Shown piece by piece: positions 18,025-27,570 of a stretch of DNA of 47,082 nt (positions are counted from its first letter, which is position 1; each line of letters starts with the position of its first letter). The DNA lies in assembly GCA_035285125.1 (NCBI GenBank), contig JAYKHR010000135.1, positions 1 to 47,082 on the forward strand, given 5' to 3'. The position numbers were made by a program, and so were the translations under genes. The notes under the pieces were generated by a model that saw nothing but the letters and a program-made list of their open reading frames with translations, was not told the origin of the DNA and did no database searches. This DNA is from Candidatus Sericytochromatia bacterium. Lineage in GTDB: Bacteria; Cyanobacteriota; Sericytochromatia; S15B-MN24; JAQBPE01.

Positions 18025-19281
18025 TCACTCCAGGACGGCGCGCCCCGCGTCGACCCGGCCGGCGCCCGTTCGCGGATCCACCCCAGCACCCTCCACGTCG
18101 GCCGCCGTCGCCATCAGGCGGCGCTTGACCGAGGCCGGGTCGCGCGGGAGGCCGGCGCCGAGCATCAGCGCGACGGTGGCCGCCACGAGCGGCGTCGCGA
18201 ACGAGGTGCCACGGGCGTACATGTACTGGTTGCCGATCGCCGTCGTCACCACGGTGTCGCCCGGCGCCGCCACCGAGCACCAGGCCCCGAAGGTCGAGAA
18301 GGGAGCCCAGGCATCCCCCTTGGTCGTTGCCGCCACGGCGATCAGGGCCCCCACCTCGTTGCCGGCAAAGGCCGCAGGGACGTTCCGCGACTCGTCCCCG
18401 GTGTTGCCCATCGAGCAGACCATCGGCACGCCCTTACCCACCACGACGGCGGCAGCCCGCTTGGTCGCGTCGAGCGCGATCGGGTACTCGCTCATGGTGG
18501 GCTTCACGCTCAGGCTCATCGTGACGACGTCGGCATTCGACGCCGCCCACGTCAGGCCGTCGACCAGCGAGGACACCGTGTCCCCGACCTTCACGGGCAC
18601 GATGCGCGCGTTGGGCGCCGCCCCGTGGATGCCGTAGCCGTTGCCCCCCACGGCGGCGATCAGGCCGGCACACATGGTGCCGTGGCCATTCGCGTCGCCG
18701 GTGCCGGCTCCGGGGGCGATCGCGTTGTAGCCGGACTCGACGACGCCCTTGAGGTCGACGTGGGCGGCATCCACCCCGCTGTCGACCACCGCCACGCGGA
18801 CGGTCCGGGTGACCTTGCCGCTGCCCCAAACGCGGGGCAGGCCCATGGTGCTCAGGTACCACTGGGCCCGGCGGTACGGGTCATCCCCGTTCACGGCGGT
18901 GGCCGGACGCGCCTCGGCCCGCACGGCCTCGGGGCGCTCCCGCGAGGGCAGCCGATCAGGGCCTGCGAAGGCGATCTCCGGTTGCCGCGCCATCCCGGCG
19001 AGGCCCGCGGAGGTGGCGCCCAACGGCTCGACAATCAGCATCCGCACGGCGGGCAACTCCCGCACGACACGAACGCCCACGCGGGCCATCAGGCTGGACC
19101 GGGCGGCACTGTCCGGCCAGCTCGTCAGCCCAACCACCCAGCGCTCCGCCGAGGCTGCCCGGGCCGTCGCCCCCGACGCCACAGCAGCGTCCAGTGACTG
19201 GCGCGCGGGGTGCCCGCAGCCGGCGGCGGCAAGGGCCAGACCGAAGGTGAGCGAGACGCGTGGAAGGCTGGTCTGGGGCAC
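18025..19281 (-). CDS. S8 subtilase serine protease, lipoprotein
   Basis: Lipobox LAAAG-C, prodomain, catalytic VVDSG / HGTMCAG / SMGN / GTSFATP. Confidence 0.93.
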   Translation of the reverse strand: MPQTSLPRVSLTFGLALAAAGCGHPARQSLDAAVASGATARAASAERWVVGLTSWPDSAARSSLMARVGVRVVRELPAVRMLIVEPLGATSAGLAGMARQPEIAFAGPDRLPSRERPEAVRAEARPATAVNGDDPYRRAQWYLSTMGLPRVWGSGKVTRTVRVAVVDSGVDAAHVDLKGVVESGYNAIAPGAGTGDANGHGTMCAGLIAAVGGNGYGIHGAAPNARIVPVKVGDTVSSLVDGLTWAASNADVVTMSLSVKPTMSEYPIALDATKRAAAVVVGKGVPMVCSMGNTGDESRNVPAAFAGNEVGALIAVAATTKGDAWAPFSTFGAWCSVAAPGDTVVTTAIGNQYMYARGTSFATPLVAATVALMLGAGLPRDPASVKRRLMATAADVEGAGVDPRTGAGRVDAGRAVLE

Positions 19282-19359
19282 GGTGGGGTTCCTCTCAAGC
19301 AGGGGCGCTTCTCAGGATAGTGGCCAGGCATCGAAGCATCAACCAAATACAACCTTTGC

Positions 19360-19374
19360 TTAATCTTTTTTTAA
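19360..19374. promoter_or_regulatory. Perfect TTAA-N7-TTAA motif between divergent genes
   Basis: TTAAtctttttTTAA in an AT-rich island between the S8 lipoprotein and the phosphodiester glycosidase genes. Confidence 0.55.
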
Positions 19375-19430
19375 TAAACAGTGCCGTGCACCCGCGTCAG
19401 GCCCCCTACCGAGGGGGAGACAAGGCAAGC

Positions 19431-20414
19431 ATGCCAAACGCCCTCAGATCCAACCCACGCCCCCCGCTGGCCCCGGCCCGCGCGCCGAGGCCGGCGGCGA
19501 ACGAGCGAGTCACCTCGGCACCGGCTGGCCCCTTGGCCGCCGCGGACCCGATGATCGCCCTGCGCCGCAGCCTGGGCGGGATGCTCCGGCCTCTCGACGG
19601 CTGGGGCCCGATGCAGGCTGTGCGCGCCAACCTGGCGCCGGGCGTGACGCTCGACCGCACGCGGCGCACGGCCAACGGCGCCGTCGTGACCGTGCTGGAG
19701 GCCGCCCCGGGGGCTACGCGGCTGGAGGCCGCGTTTGTCGACGGCGTGAAGCCTCTATCGGCCACGCAGGCTCGCGGCCTTCCGGGCCTGCTGGCCGCCG
19801 TGAATGCGACCTTCTTCGGGTTCGGCGAGACGGCCGGCACCTACGGCGACCTCGCCGGCGCCGGGCGGGCCTACCGTGACGAGGCGCTGGGCTCTGCCTA
19901 CGACAGCATCTCGGACCGGCGCTGGCACCTGGCGATCGGGCCAGACGGCCTGCCCCGGTTCGGGCGCGCCGGGCTCTCGGAGTTCGAGGCGCGGGCCCTG
20001 GCCCCCAGCGGCTTCGTGGGCGGCCTCGGACGCCTCTATGGAGAGACCGAGGTGGACAGCCTGCCGCGCGATGTCGCCAGCGGGGCCTTCCTGGGCCGCC
20101 TGCGGGCCAGCGTCACCGACCGGAGCTTCCCCAACACGGATCTCACGTCGGGCATCGCTCGCACCCTGGTGGGGCGCCGCGAGGACGGCACCTTGCTGCT
20201 CGTCACGCTCGGCCAGGGCGCCGAGCGGGGGCGCGGGGCCGGCTACCCTGAGGCGGCGCTGCTGCTGCGCAGCCTCGGCGCCATCGAGGCGTACACGCTG
20301 GACGGGGGCGGCTCCACCCACGTGATCGCGCCGGGCGCCGTGGAGACCCGCACGGACGGCCGGGAGGTCAAGAGCTACTGGGTGGTCCGGGAGGCGGGGC
20401 GCCGCCGGGGCTGA
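19431..20414 (+). CDS. Phosphodiester glycosidase (NAGPA/DUF2233-like) family protein
   Basis: AAVNATFF, RTLVG, LLLVT, LGAIEAYTLDGGGST; GGGGGAG RBS; low-complexity N-terminus without a hydrophobic signal. Confidence 0.8.
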   Translation: MPNALRSNPRPPLAPARAPRPAANERVTSAPAGPLAAADPMIALRRSLGGMLRPLDGWGPMQAVRANLAPGVTLDRTRRTANGAVVTVLEAAPGATRLEAAFVDGVKPLSATQARGLPGLLAAVNATFFGFGETAGTYGDLAGAGRAYRDEALGSAYDSISDRRWHLAIGPDGLPRFGRAGLSEFEARALAPSGFVGGLGRLYGETEVDSLPRDVASGAFLGRLRASVTDRSFPNTDLTSGIARTLVGRREDGTLLLVTLGQGAERGRGAGYPEAALLLRSLGAIEAYTLDGGGSTHVIAPGAVETRTDGREVKSYWVVREAGRRRG

Positions 20415-20425
20415 GGCGCAGGGAG

Positions 20426-20498
20426 TGGGCGATACTGGATTCGAACCAGTGACCTCGATCTTGTAAGGATCGCCGTCTAACCGCTGACATAATCGCCC
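20426..20498 (-). tRNA. tRNA-Val (anticodon TAC)
   Basis: GGGCGAT acceptor stem, anticodon arm CGATC-CTTACAA-GATCG, T arm ACTGG-TTCGAAT-CCAGT, discriminator A; CCA not encoded. Confidence 0.95.
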
Positions 20499-20535
20499 GG
20501 CTGTCGCCCAGTTTAACGCGACCGCCCTCCCGGCC

Positions 20536-21666
20536 TCAAGCCGAGGGCGCGTCGAAAGGGAGCTCGCCCCTGGTCACAGGCTGCACGAGCTCCGGCTCAA
20601 TCGCAGGCGGCTCCGGAGGATGAGCCTCTGCCCAGGCCCGCTCCATCGGCTCGATGTAAAGGTTCTGGACGAGCACCTGCACCATCGCGAGCAGCGGCAC
20701 GGCGATCAGGGCACCCGCAAACCCGTACAGCGCGGCGCCCACCAGCAGCGCCAGCATCACGCCAATGGGCGACACGGCCACGGCCCGCGAGAAGACCAGC
20801 GGGGCCACGACGTTGCCCTGAATCAGGTTGCCCACGGCAAAGATGGCGGCGACGGCGAGGGCCGTCTTCCAGCCGACGGTGAGGGCTACCAGGAGGGCTG
20901 GGACGGATCCGAGCACGGAGCCGACGAGGGGGATCAGCTCACAACATCCGGCCAGCAGCGCGAGCGCGAGGCTGAACGGCACGCCGGCCAGCGTGAGCGC
21001 CAGCGCGAGGTACGCCGTCAGAAACCCGATGCTCGTCAGGACGCCCTGGACGTAGCCGCCGAGCTTCAGGGCGACGGGCTCGAACTGCGCCTCGAGCAAC
21101 GCCCGGTGAGCGGGGGGCGTCAGGGCCAGCACCCCGCGCTTGAGGTGCGCCCCGTCGAGCAGCAGGAAATATGTGAGCACAAGGACCATGGCCACCGTCG
21201 CGATGCCCCCCACCAGCGCCGTCGCCCACCCGAGGGTGGAGGCGAGCCAGCGGCCCAGGTAGCCCGAGGCCGTGCGGGCCGCCTCGTCCAGGCTCGGCAG
21301 CATGCCGAAGCGCCTGTCGAGGCCCTCCAGCCAGACATACGACGCCTGCACCTGCTTGACGTAGCCAGGGGCCTGGACGGAAAGCTGCTGCGCCTGCTCC
21401 ACGAAGGTCGGGGCGATGGCCGCAAGCAGCAGCAGCAGGGTCCCGAAGACGGCGCCGAACATGCCTGCGATCGCGAGCGGATAAGGCCAGCCCCAGCTCC
21501 GATGGAGCAGCCTCACGCCAGGATATAGCCCAGAGGCCAGGATGGCGGCCACAAGCACCATCACGAGGATGTCTGGAATGCGCGCCAGGGCTGCCGCCAG
21601 GGCGAGCACGGCGATCGTGACGACCACCGAGCGGGCCGAGATGTGGATGGTGAGGGGGTTGGCCAT
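20536..21666 (-). CDS. AI-2E family transporter
   Basis: Multi-TM protein; ELIPLVGS, QGNVVAPLV, GFAGALIAVP; GGAGG RBS. Confidence 0.9.
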   Translation of the reverse strand: MANPLTIHISARSVVVTIAVLALAAALARIPDILVMVLVAAILASGLYPGVRLLHRSWGWPYPLAIAGMFGAVFGTLLLLLAAIAPTFVEQAQQLSVQAPGYVKQVQASYVWLEGLDRRFGMLPSLDEAARTASGYLGRWLASTLGWATALVGGIATVAMVLVLTYFLLLDGAHLKRGVLALTPPAHRALLEAQFEPVALKLGGYVQGVLTSIGFLTAYLALALTLAGVPFSLALALLAGCCELIPLVGSVLGSVPALLVALTVGWKTALAVAAIFAVGNLIQGNVVAPLVFSRAVAVSPIGVMLALLVGAALYGFAGALIAVPLLAMVQVLVQNLYIEPMERAWAEAHPPEPPAIEPELVQPVTRGELPFDAPSA

Positions 21667-21685
21667 GCAGACCTCCGGCGACGTT

Positions 21686-22483
21686 TCAAAAGGTGAAGCG
21701 AGAGAACAGCCCCACGTTGGAGCCGAGGAAGCTGAAGCTGGGCTGGGAGGCGGTGGTATTCACGACGAAGCCCTCCAGCACCAGGCTGAACCAGTCTGTG
21801 AAGCGGTAAGCGCTCTCCCCCGTGAGTTGGTTGCGCCACTCCATCTCCCCGATCGCGTCGTACAGCCGCAACTGGGAGCGCAAGGACACGGCCTGGGTCC
21901 AGGCGGGCGTCGTGACCACGCGCGCCGTCACGTACACCGAGTGCCCGATGTAGCCCGTCTCCTGGACCGCCGCGCGGAGCCAATCGCCCTGGTAGCCGTG
22001 GAACAGCAAGAGCCACTCCGCAAGGGGCCAGTAAGCGACCACCCCCCCAAAGGCGTCCCCGTCGAGCCTGGTCGTCGTGCCAGGACGCGTGCCCTGCTTG
22101 TAGAGCAGCTGGTAGCCGCCGTAGGCATACAGCGGGCCCCCCACCCGCACCGACCCGATGCCCGTGCCGCTGAGGAAGGTGGAGTCGTAGTCGCTGTTGT
22201 ACTGAAAGCGCGAACTCAGGGCCGAGAGCCTCACCAGCACGGAGCGGTCCGGCTCGGACCAGGGCGTCCACGAGGCGTCGAGGTGGTTCCGGAGCACGAA
22301 ATCGGGCGTGCCGCCAGCTTGCTGCTGCAGGTTCGAGGTGGACTCCAGCGAGGGCTCGTACCGGAACACCCAGGGCTGGGGCTGGGCCTCCGCCGGGGCT
22401 GCCATCGCCAGGGCAGCAAGCCCCGCCAGCACGAACGGGGCCAGGGTCGGCTTCGCGGTGAGACGCGAGAGGAAGGGCGTCAT
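21686..22483 (-). CDS. Exported protein, probable outer-membrane beta-barrel
   Basis: Signal peptide ending AEA; alternating aromatic-rich strands; C-terminal SRFTF with terminal Phe. Confidence 0.65.
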   Translation of the reverse strand: MTPFLSRLTAKPTLAPFVLAGLAALAMAAPAEAQPQPWVFRYEPSLESTSNLQQQAGGTPDFVLRNHLDASWTPWSEPDRSVLVRLSALSSRFQYNSDYDSTFLSGTGIGSVRVGGPLYAYGGYQLLYKQGTRPGTTTRLDGDAFGGVVAYWPLAEWLLLFHGYQGDWLRAAVQETGYIGHSVYVTARVVTTPAWTQAVSLRSQLRLYDAIGEMEWRNQLTGESAYRFTDWFSLVLEGFVVNTTASQPSFSFLGSNVGLFSRFTF

Positions 22484-22607
22484 GGCGTGGCTTGTGGGCT
22501 CTCCGTCCAAAACCGCCATCTTAGGAGGGCCACTTCGCCAGGTCAAGCGGCCGTTTGCCCGTCGGCCGCACCGGGCGGTATGATGACCGGAAACCAGAGG
22601 TCCACCA

Positions 22608-24803
22608 TTGCCCAGCCCGCCGCTCACCAGCCCCGCCCCCTTGACCGTGGCGCCCGCGCCGACCCCGGACTGGGACCACGCCCGGACCTGCCGAGCCATC
22701 TTGCGCACGCCCGAGGCCGAGTGGAGCGCCCCCACCGCCAGCGAGGCAGGCCCCGACGGCTACTGGGCACCTGCCTGCAACCGCCCGGGAGACGGCCTGT
22801 GGTGCCTGATGGACGGGAACAACAACCGCTACCTGGACCGCCTGGCTTTCCAGCTGGTCGATGGCGAGGTCCCGGTGCCGCTGCACCCCGCCCCCGTCTC
22901 CGTGACGCCCGAGGAGGCGACGTACGCCTACACCACGGCCGGGGGGGCGCGGCTCGAGGTGCGCTATGCCCTGATCGAAGCCCGGCCAGGGGAAGCCGCC
23001 ACGCTCTGCGTCAGGTTGGCCCTCACCGGCGCCGGGCCGGGCTGGGAGCTGCGAGTCAAGCCTGTGCTGGACATCCGGCCCGTGGACAAGGCCAGCGACC
23101 CGGCCCGCCACCGCGTGAACCCCATCGACGACCGCTCGCTGACGGTGGTGAACGCCAAACGCTGGCTCGGGTTCCGCTGGAGCCAGGCCTGCCCGTTCGA
23201 GGCCGCCCGCGAGCAGCGCGACGTGAGCTACAGGCTCGGCGTCGGGGAGCGGCTGGCCCGGAAAGACGGGGTTCGGTTCAAGGCCACGGAGGCCCGCGTC
23301 TTCTCACCGGGGTTCTGGCGCCTCCCGACCTCCGGCGAGGTGGTGCTCCTGGTGCAGCCCGGGGCGGGCGAGCAGGCCTTGCTCGCGGCGCTCGAGGACG
23401 GCGAGGCTGACGCCGAAGCCCGCCTGGCGTCGCAGCGCGGCCGGTGGGAGTCGTTCGCGGGCCGGCTGCCCAACGCCTCCGAGGCCTTGCAGCGACGGGC
23501 TTACATGATGGCCGAGAAGCTTTGGGTGCGCGTGGGCGACACGCTGCTGCCGGACGCCGACCTGTCGGGACGGCGCCTGCCGCGCACGCGCCACGTGCTC
23601 GAGGGCCTGCGGCACAACTGGCGCACGCTGCAGAGCCTGGGCCTCGGCGGGCGCCTCGAAGACGTGGTCCGCGCCGCCATTCGCTGGCAAGACCCCAAGT
23701 CGGGCCGGCTGCCGCACCACCTGGCGCCGACGGCGGACGCCCGCAGACGCTTCGAGGCGACAGGCGCCCTGCCGGCGGATCACTACGTGGGCTCGGACCA
23801 GGCCGTGCTGCTGTTCGCCTGGCTCGACGAGCTCGACAGGCCATTCGGGGACGCCTCTCTGCGGGCCGATCTCTTCACGTGCTTCCAGCGCATGTTCGCC
23901 GGATTCAGGGGTTCCCGCATCACGCGACGTCAGGGGCTGCCCGTGCTCCTGGAAAACGGGTTGCTGCTGAGCCTGCCGCACGAGGGCTGGATGGACGGGC
24001 GCCGGGTGGTGTTCTCCGAGCGTCTGACGGTCACGGACCTGCCCGTGCGGTGCCCCACGACGTGGCACCTTCAGGACATCGCGGAGTTCAAGGACAGCCA
24101 CTACACCTGGGAGCAGTACCAGTACCCCACGTTCTACCTGCCCGAGCTCAACGCGATGTGGCTGCGGGCACTCCGCACGGGCGCGGCGCTGGCGCGGGAG
24201 GCCGGCGCGACCGACTGGGTCACGGAGCTGGAGGAGGTGGAGGCCGTCGCACGGCAGGCCTACAAGCCCGTCTTCTGGAACGACCATGCGAAGTACCTGT
24301 ACAACGTCGTGACGCTGGACCACCGGATCGACGGCACCCCCTGCGCCGTGGGGATCGAGGCGGCGGCCTGGCTGGGGGAGGACGTGTTCTCCCGCCTGGA
24401 GCTGGAACACCTCTGGCAGGTGGCCAGAAACAGGTTGCTCGTGAAAAGGCCTGGCGAGGCGGGCACCGAGCCCCGCGCCTTCGGCCTGATTGCGCGCGAC
24501 ACCCCCGAGCGCGTCTACCAGGACCAGCAACAGCTTCACGAGGCCGTCCTGCATCCGCGGGAGACGCCTGCGATGCTGCGGGTTCTGCGGCTGCTGGGGC
24601 AGGAGGCGTCCCGGGTGGAGGTGCTGGCGACCAACCTCGAGGCGCCGTTGCTGGAGGCCGGCCTCGGGTACGCGCCGGAGGCTTACGCGCTGGCAGAGGG
24701 CGTCAACCCCAGCCCCGAGCCCACCACGGCTGGGGTCCCGGTGCCGGTGCGGGCGCCCCTGGCCTGGTGGAGCCAGTTCTGCGACGTCTACCTCGAGGCC
24801 TGA
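22608..24803 (+). CDS. Amylo-alpha-1,6-glucosidase / glycogen-debranching-like (alpha/alpha)6 glycoside hydrolase
   Basis: GRLP, GWMDG, PELNAMW, FWN...YLYN, APEAY and AWWS motif order matches the GDE C-terminal domain; TTG start after GAGG. Confidence 0.65.
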   Translation: MPSPPLTSPAPLTVAPAPTPDWDHARTCRAILRTPEAEWSAPTASEAGPDGYWAPACNRPGDGLWCLMDGNNNRYLDRLAFQLVDGEVPVPLHPAPVSVTPEEATYAYTTAGGARLEVRYALIEARPGEAATLCVRLALTGAGPGWELRVKPVLDIRPVDKASDPARHRVNPIDDRSLTVVNAKRWLGFRWSQACPFEAAREQRDVSYRLGVGERLARKDGVRFKATEARVFSPGFWRLPTSGEVVLLVQPGAGEQALLAALEDGEADAEARLASQRGRWESFAGRLPNASEALQRRAYMMAEKLWVRVGDTLLPDADLSGRRLPRTRHVLEGLRHNWRTLQSLGLGGRLEDVVRAAIRWQDPKSGRLPHHLAPTADARRRFEATGALPADHYVGSDQAVLLFAWLDELDRPFGDASLRADLFTCFQRMFAGFRGSRITRRQGLPVLLENGLLLSLPHEGWMDGRRVVFSERLTVTDLPVRCPTTWHLQDIAEFKDSHYTWEQYQYPTFYLPELNAMWLRALRTGAALAREAGATDWVTELEEVEAVARQAYKPVFWNDHAKYLYNVVTLDHRIDGTPCAVGIEAAAWLGEDVFSRLELEHLWQVARNRLLVKRPGEAGTEPRAFGLIARDTPERVYQDQQQLHEAVLHPRETPAMLRVLRLLGQEASRVEVLATNLEAPLLEAGLGYAPEAYALAEGVNPSPEPTTAGVPVPVRAPLAWWSQFCDVYLEA

Positions 24804-24895
24804 CGGTCGTCCCCTCACCCCCGCCCCCCCGGACCTGCGCATCGGCGGCCTGAGGGGGCAAGGGGCCGGGGCTGAGCCGCGGCCCGGCCGGGGCG

Positions 24896-26317
24896 TCAGC
24901 CCACCGAGGTGGGTTGGCTGGCTCGCAGCAGGTCGTTGTAGCGCGCGCGTTTGATGAAGCTGCCCGCGCCCGCCCGGCCCTTGAACACGTTGCGCTCGAC
25001 GACCACCTGCCCACGAGAGATGACGACGTCCGGGTAGCCCTGGACCTCGAAGCCCTCGTAGGCGCTGTAGTCGACGCGCATGTGGTGCGTGGCCGGGTTG
25101 TCGACGCTGATGACTTCCTTGCGGTTCGGGTCGAAGATCACGATGTCAGCGTCGGAGCCCACGGCGATCGTGCCCTTGCGCGGGAACAGGCCGAACATCT
25201 TGGCGGCGGCCGTCGAGGTGAGCTCCACGAACTTGTTGAGCGAGATGCGCCCCTGCCGGACGCCTCCGTTGTAGATCAGGGCGAGCCGGTTCTCGACACC
25301 GGGTGCCCCGTTCGGGATCTTCGCGAAGCTGTCTCGGCCGAGCTCCTTCTGGCCGGTGAAGCAGAAGGGGCAGTGATCGGTGGCGATGGCTGAGAGATCC
25401 CCCATCCGCAACCCTGTCCAGAGCTCCTCCTGGTTCGAGTGGTGGCGGAGGGCCGGCGTCATCACGTACTTGGCCCCCTCGAAGTCGGGGCGGTCGTAGT
25501 AGCTCTCATCGAGGAACAGGTACTGGGGGCAAGTCTCCGCAAAGGCGGGGGCCCCCCTGTCACGGGCGCGCTTCAGCTCGGTCAGGGCGTCACCGCTGGA
25601 CAGGTGGACGATGTAAACGGGGCAGTTGGCGACCTCCGCGATGGCGATCGCCCGGTGGACGCCCTCCCCCTCCATGCGCGTGGGCCGGGTGTGGGCATGC
25701 CAGCGCGGGGCGGTCTTCCCCTCGGCGAGGGCCCGCTTCACGATCTCGTCGATGACGATGCCGTTCTCGGCGTGCATGCACACCAGCGTGCCGTCCTCGC
25801 CCGCCTTGCGCATGGCCCGGAAGATGGTGCCGTCGTCGGAGTACAGCACGCCGGGGTAGGCCATGAAGAGCTTGTAGCTTGTGACTCCCTCGTCGGCGAG
25901 GCGCGGCATCTCGCCGAGGCGCTCGTCGGGCATGTCCGTGACGATCATGTGAAACCCGTAGTCGATGGCGGCCCGCCCCTGCGCCTTCTCGTGCCAGGTC
26001 TCCAGCGCCTCGAAGGTCGAGCGCCCCTTCACCTGCACGGCGAAGTCGATGATGGTGGTCGTCCCGCCGTGGGCGGCCGCGATGGTGCCAGACTCGAAGT
26101 CGTCGGCGCTGTTCGTGCCGCCGAAGGGCATGTCGAAGTGGGTGTGGGGGTCGATGCCCCCCGGGATGACGAGCTTGCCGGCGGCGTCGAGGACCTGGGC
26201 GCCCTCGACCTCGAGGTGCTCCCCGATCATGGCCACGCGCTCGCCCGTGACATACACGTCGGCGTGGTAGTCGTCCACGGCGGTGATCACCCGGCCGTTT
26301 TTGATCAACAGGCTCAT
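24896..26317 (-). CDS. hydA: Dihydropyrimidinase (D-hydantoinase)
   Basis: PGGIDPHTH, GGTTT, SYKLFMAY, HAENG, YIVHLS, ETCPQYL, TDHCPF, IPNG, GSDADIV; GAGGAA RBS. Confidence 0.95.
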   Translation of the reverse strand: MSLLIKNGRVITAVDDYHADVYVTGERVAMIGEHLEVEGAQVLDAAGKLVIPGGIDPHTHFDMPFGGTNSADDFESGTIAAAHGGTTTIIDFAVQVKGRSTFEALETWHEKAQGRAAIDYGFHMIVTDMPDERLGEMPRLADEGVTSYKLFMAYPGVLYSDDGTIFRAMRKAGEDGTLVCMHAENGIVIDEIVKRALAEGKTAPRWHAHTRPTRMEGEGVHRAIAIAEVANCPVYIVHLSSGDALTELKRARDRGAPAFAETCPQYLFLDESYYDRPDFEGAKYVMTPALRHHSNQEELWTGLRMGDLSAIATDHCPFCFTGQKELGRDSFAKIPNGAPGVENRLALIYNGGVRQGRISLNKFVELTSTAAAKMFGLFPRKGTIAVGSDADIVIFDPNRKEVISVDNPATHHMRVDYSAYEGFEVQGYPDVVISRGQVVVERNVFKGRAGAGSFIKRARYNDLLRASQPTSVG

Positions 26318-26613
26318 CCGCTTCCTCCTCGCTGCGCGCGACGCAAAACCGACGTGCCGCCGGGCGGCTCGTTTTGTTTACCCCGGAGGCGCCCGGCTCA
26401 TTCTGTTATGATGGCCGTGGTAACGCGGTAAGGGGTTGATACGGCCGAGCCGTGCGGACTGCCACCCTCCTGGGTTCAAGCAGGTCCGCTCCCTTCTCCG
26501 GGCGGGAAAGGGGCCGCGCCAGCGGAGGTCAGGCCACCGCGAATTTTTGCTTGGCACGGGCGCGGACGAGCGCTTCGCCAAGGCAGCGGCGTCGACGAGT
26601 GCGCGAGGTGGCC

Positions 26614-27552
26614 ATGCAGCTGCGTGAGTTCCAGATGGGGGACATCCCGGCGATCGCCGCCATCCGCAACGCCTCCATCGAGCTGAGCCCCGACTTCTAC
26701 TCGATGACGCTCGACCGCTTTCGGTACGACTTCTACGGCGCGGACTTCCCCCTCACGAGCCGCATCGTCGTGGCCGAGCAATACGGGAAGGTGGCGGGGT
26801 TCTACCACCTCTACACCGACGAACGCCTGCTCGCCCAGGGTCGGTCCAACCTCGACTCGATCCACGTGGCGCCCGATCAGCGCGGCGCGGGCGTGGGCTC
26901 GGCCCTGGTGGCCTCCGTCGTCGAGACGGCCCACGGCTGGGGGGCCCGCTACGTGTCGACGGCCATCCCCGAGGCGAGCCCCCGCAGCCTGGGCTTCCTC
27001 GAGCGCCACGGCTTCAAGCGCTTGCGCCGCTTCGACCTCCTGCGGCTCGCCATGCAGGCGGGGCACAACCCGCCGGAGCCGCCGCCGGGGTTCTCGCTGC
27101 GCGCCTTCCAGGCCGGCGACGAGGCCCGCTTCGTCGAGGCCTTCAATGCCGCCTTCGCCGACCACTGGGATTTCGTGCCACTGGAGGCGCCCGAGGTGCA
27201 GCTCTGGAACCGGCGGGCGACCTTCGACCCCGAGGGATGCCTGCTCCTGACGGTGGAGGGCACCGGCGAGGTGGTGGCCTTCGTGACGGTATTGCAACAG
27301 GCTGAGCCCGACGCTCCCGCGGGTCAGCCCGCGGTGGCGCGCATCTTCGAGATGGGCGTCGTGCCTGCCCTGCGCCGGCGCGGGCTCGGCTACGTGATGC
27401 TGCAGACCGGCCTCGCCTACGCCGCCAGCCACGGCTTCACGGCCGTCGACCTCGTGACGGACGCCGAGAGCGAGGCCGGCCTGCACCTCTACGCCAAGGT
27501 GGGCTTCACCGAGAAGCGCTCCAGCATCGTGCTGCACCGGCAGGTAGGCTGA
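26614..27552 (+). CDS. Tandem GNAT N-acetyltransferase (MshD-like architecture)
   Basis: Two acetyl-CoA motifs, VAPDQRGAGVG and VVPALRRRGLG; NAAFADHW; LYAKVGF. Confidence 0.88.
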   Translation: MQLREFQMGDIPAIAAIRNASIELSPDFYSMTLDRFRYDFYGADFPLTSRIVVAEQYGKVAGFYHLYTDERLLAQGRSNLDSIHVAPDQRGAGVGSALVASVVETAHGWGARYVSTAIPEASPRSLGFLERHGFKRLRRFDLLRLAMQAGHNPPEPPPGFSLRAFQAGDEARFVEAFNAAFADHWDFVPLEAPEVQLWNRRATFDPEGCLLLTVEGTGEVVAFVTVLQQAEPDAPAGQPAVARIFEMGVVPALRRRGLGYVMLQTGLAYAASHGFTAVDLVTDAESEAGLHLYAKVGFTEKRSSIVLHRQVG

Positions 27553-27570
27553 GGGCTTGGTCGCGGGGCC

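Noticed and set aside
20400..20540. tRNA-anchored genomic island or prophage
   Set aside because: No integrase, no duplicated tRNA 3' end seen, and no phage genes in the window.
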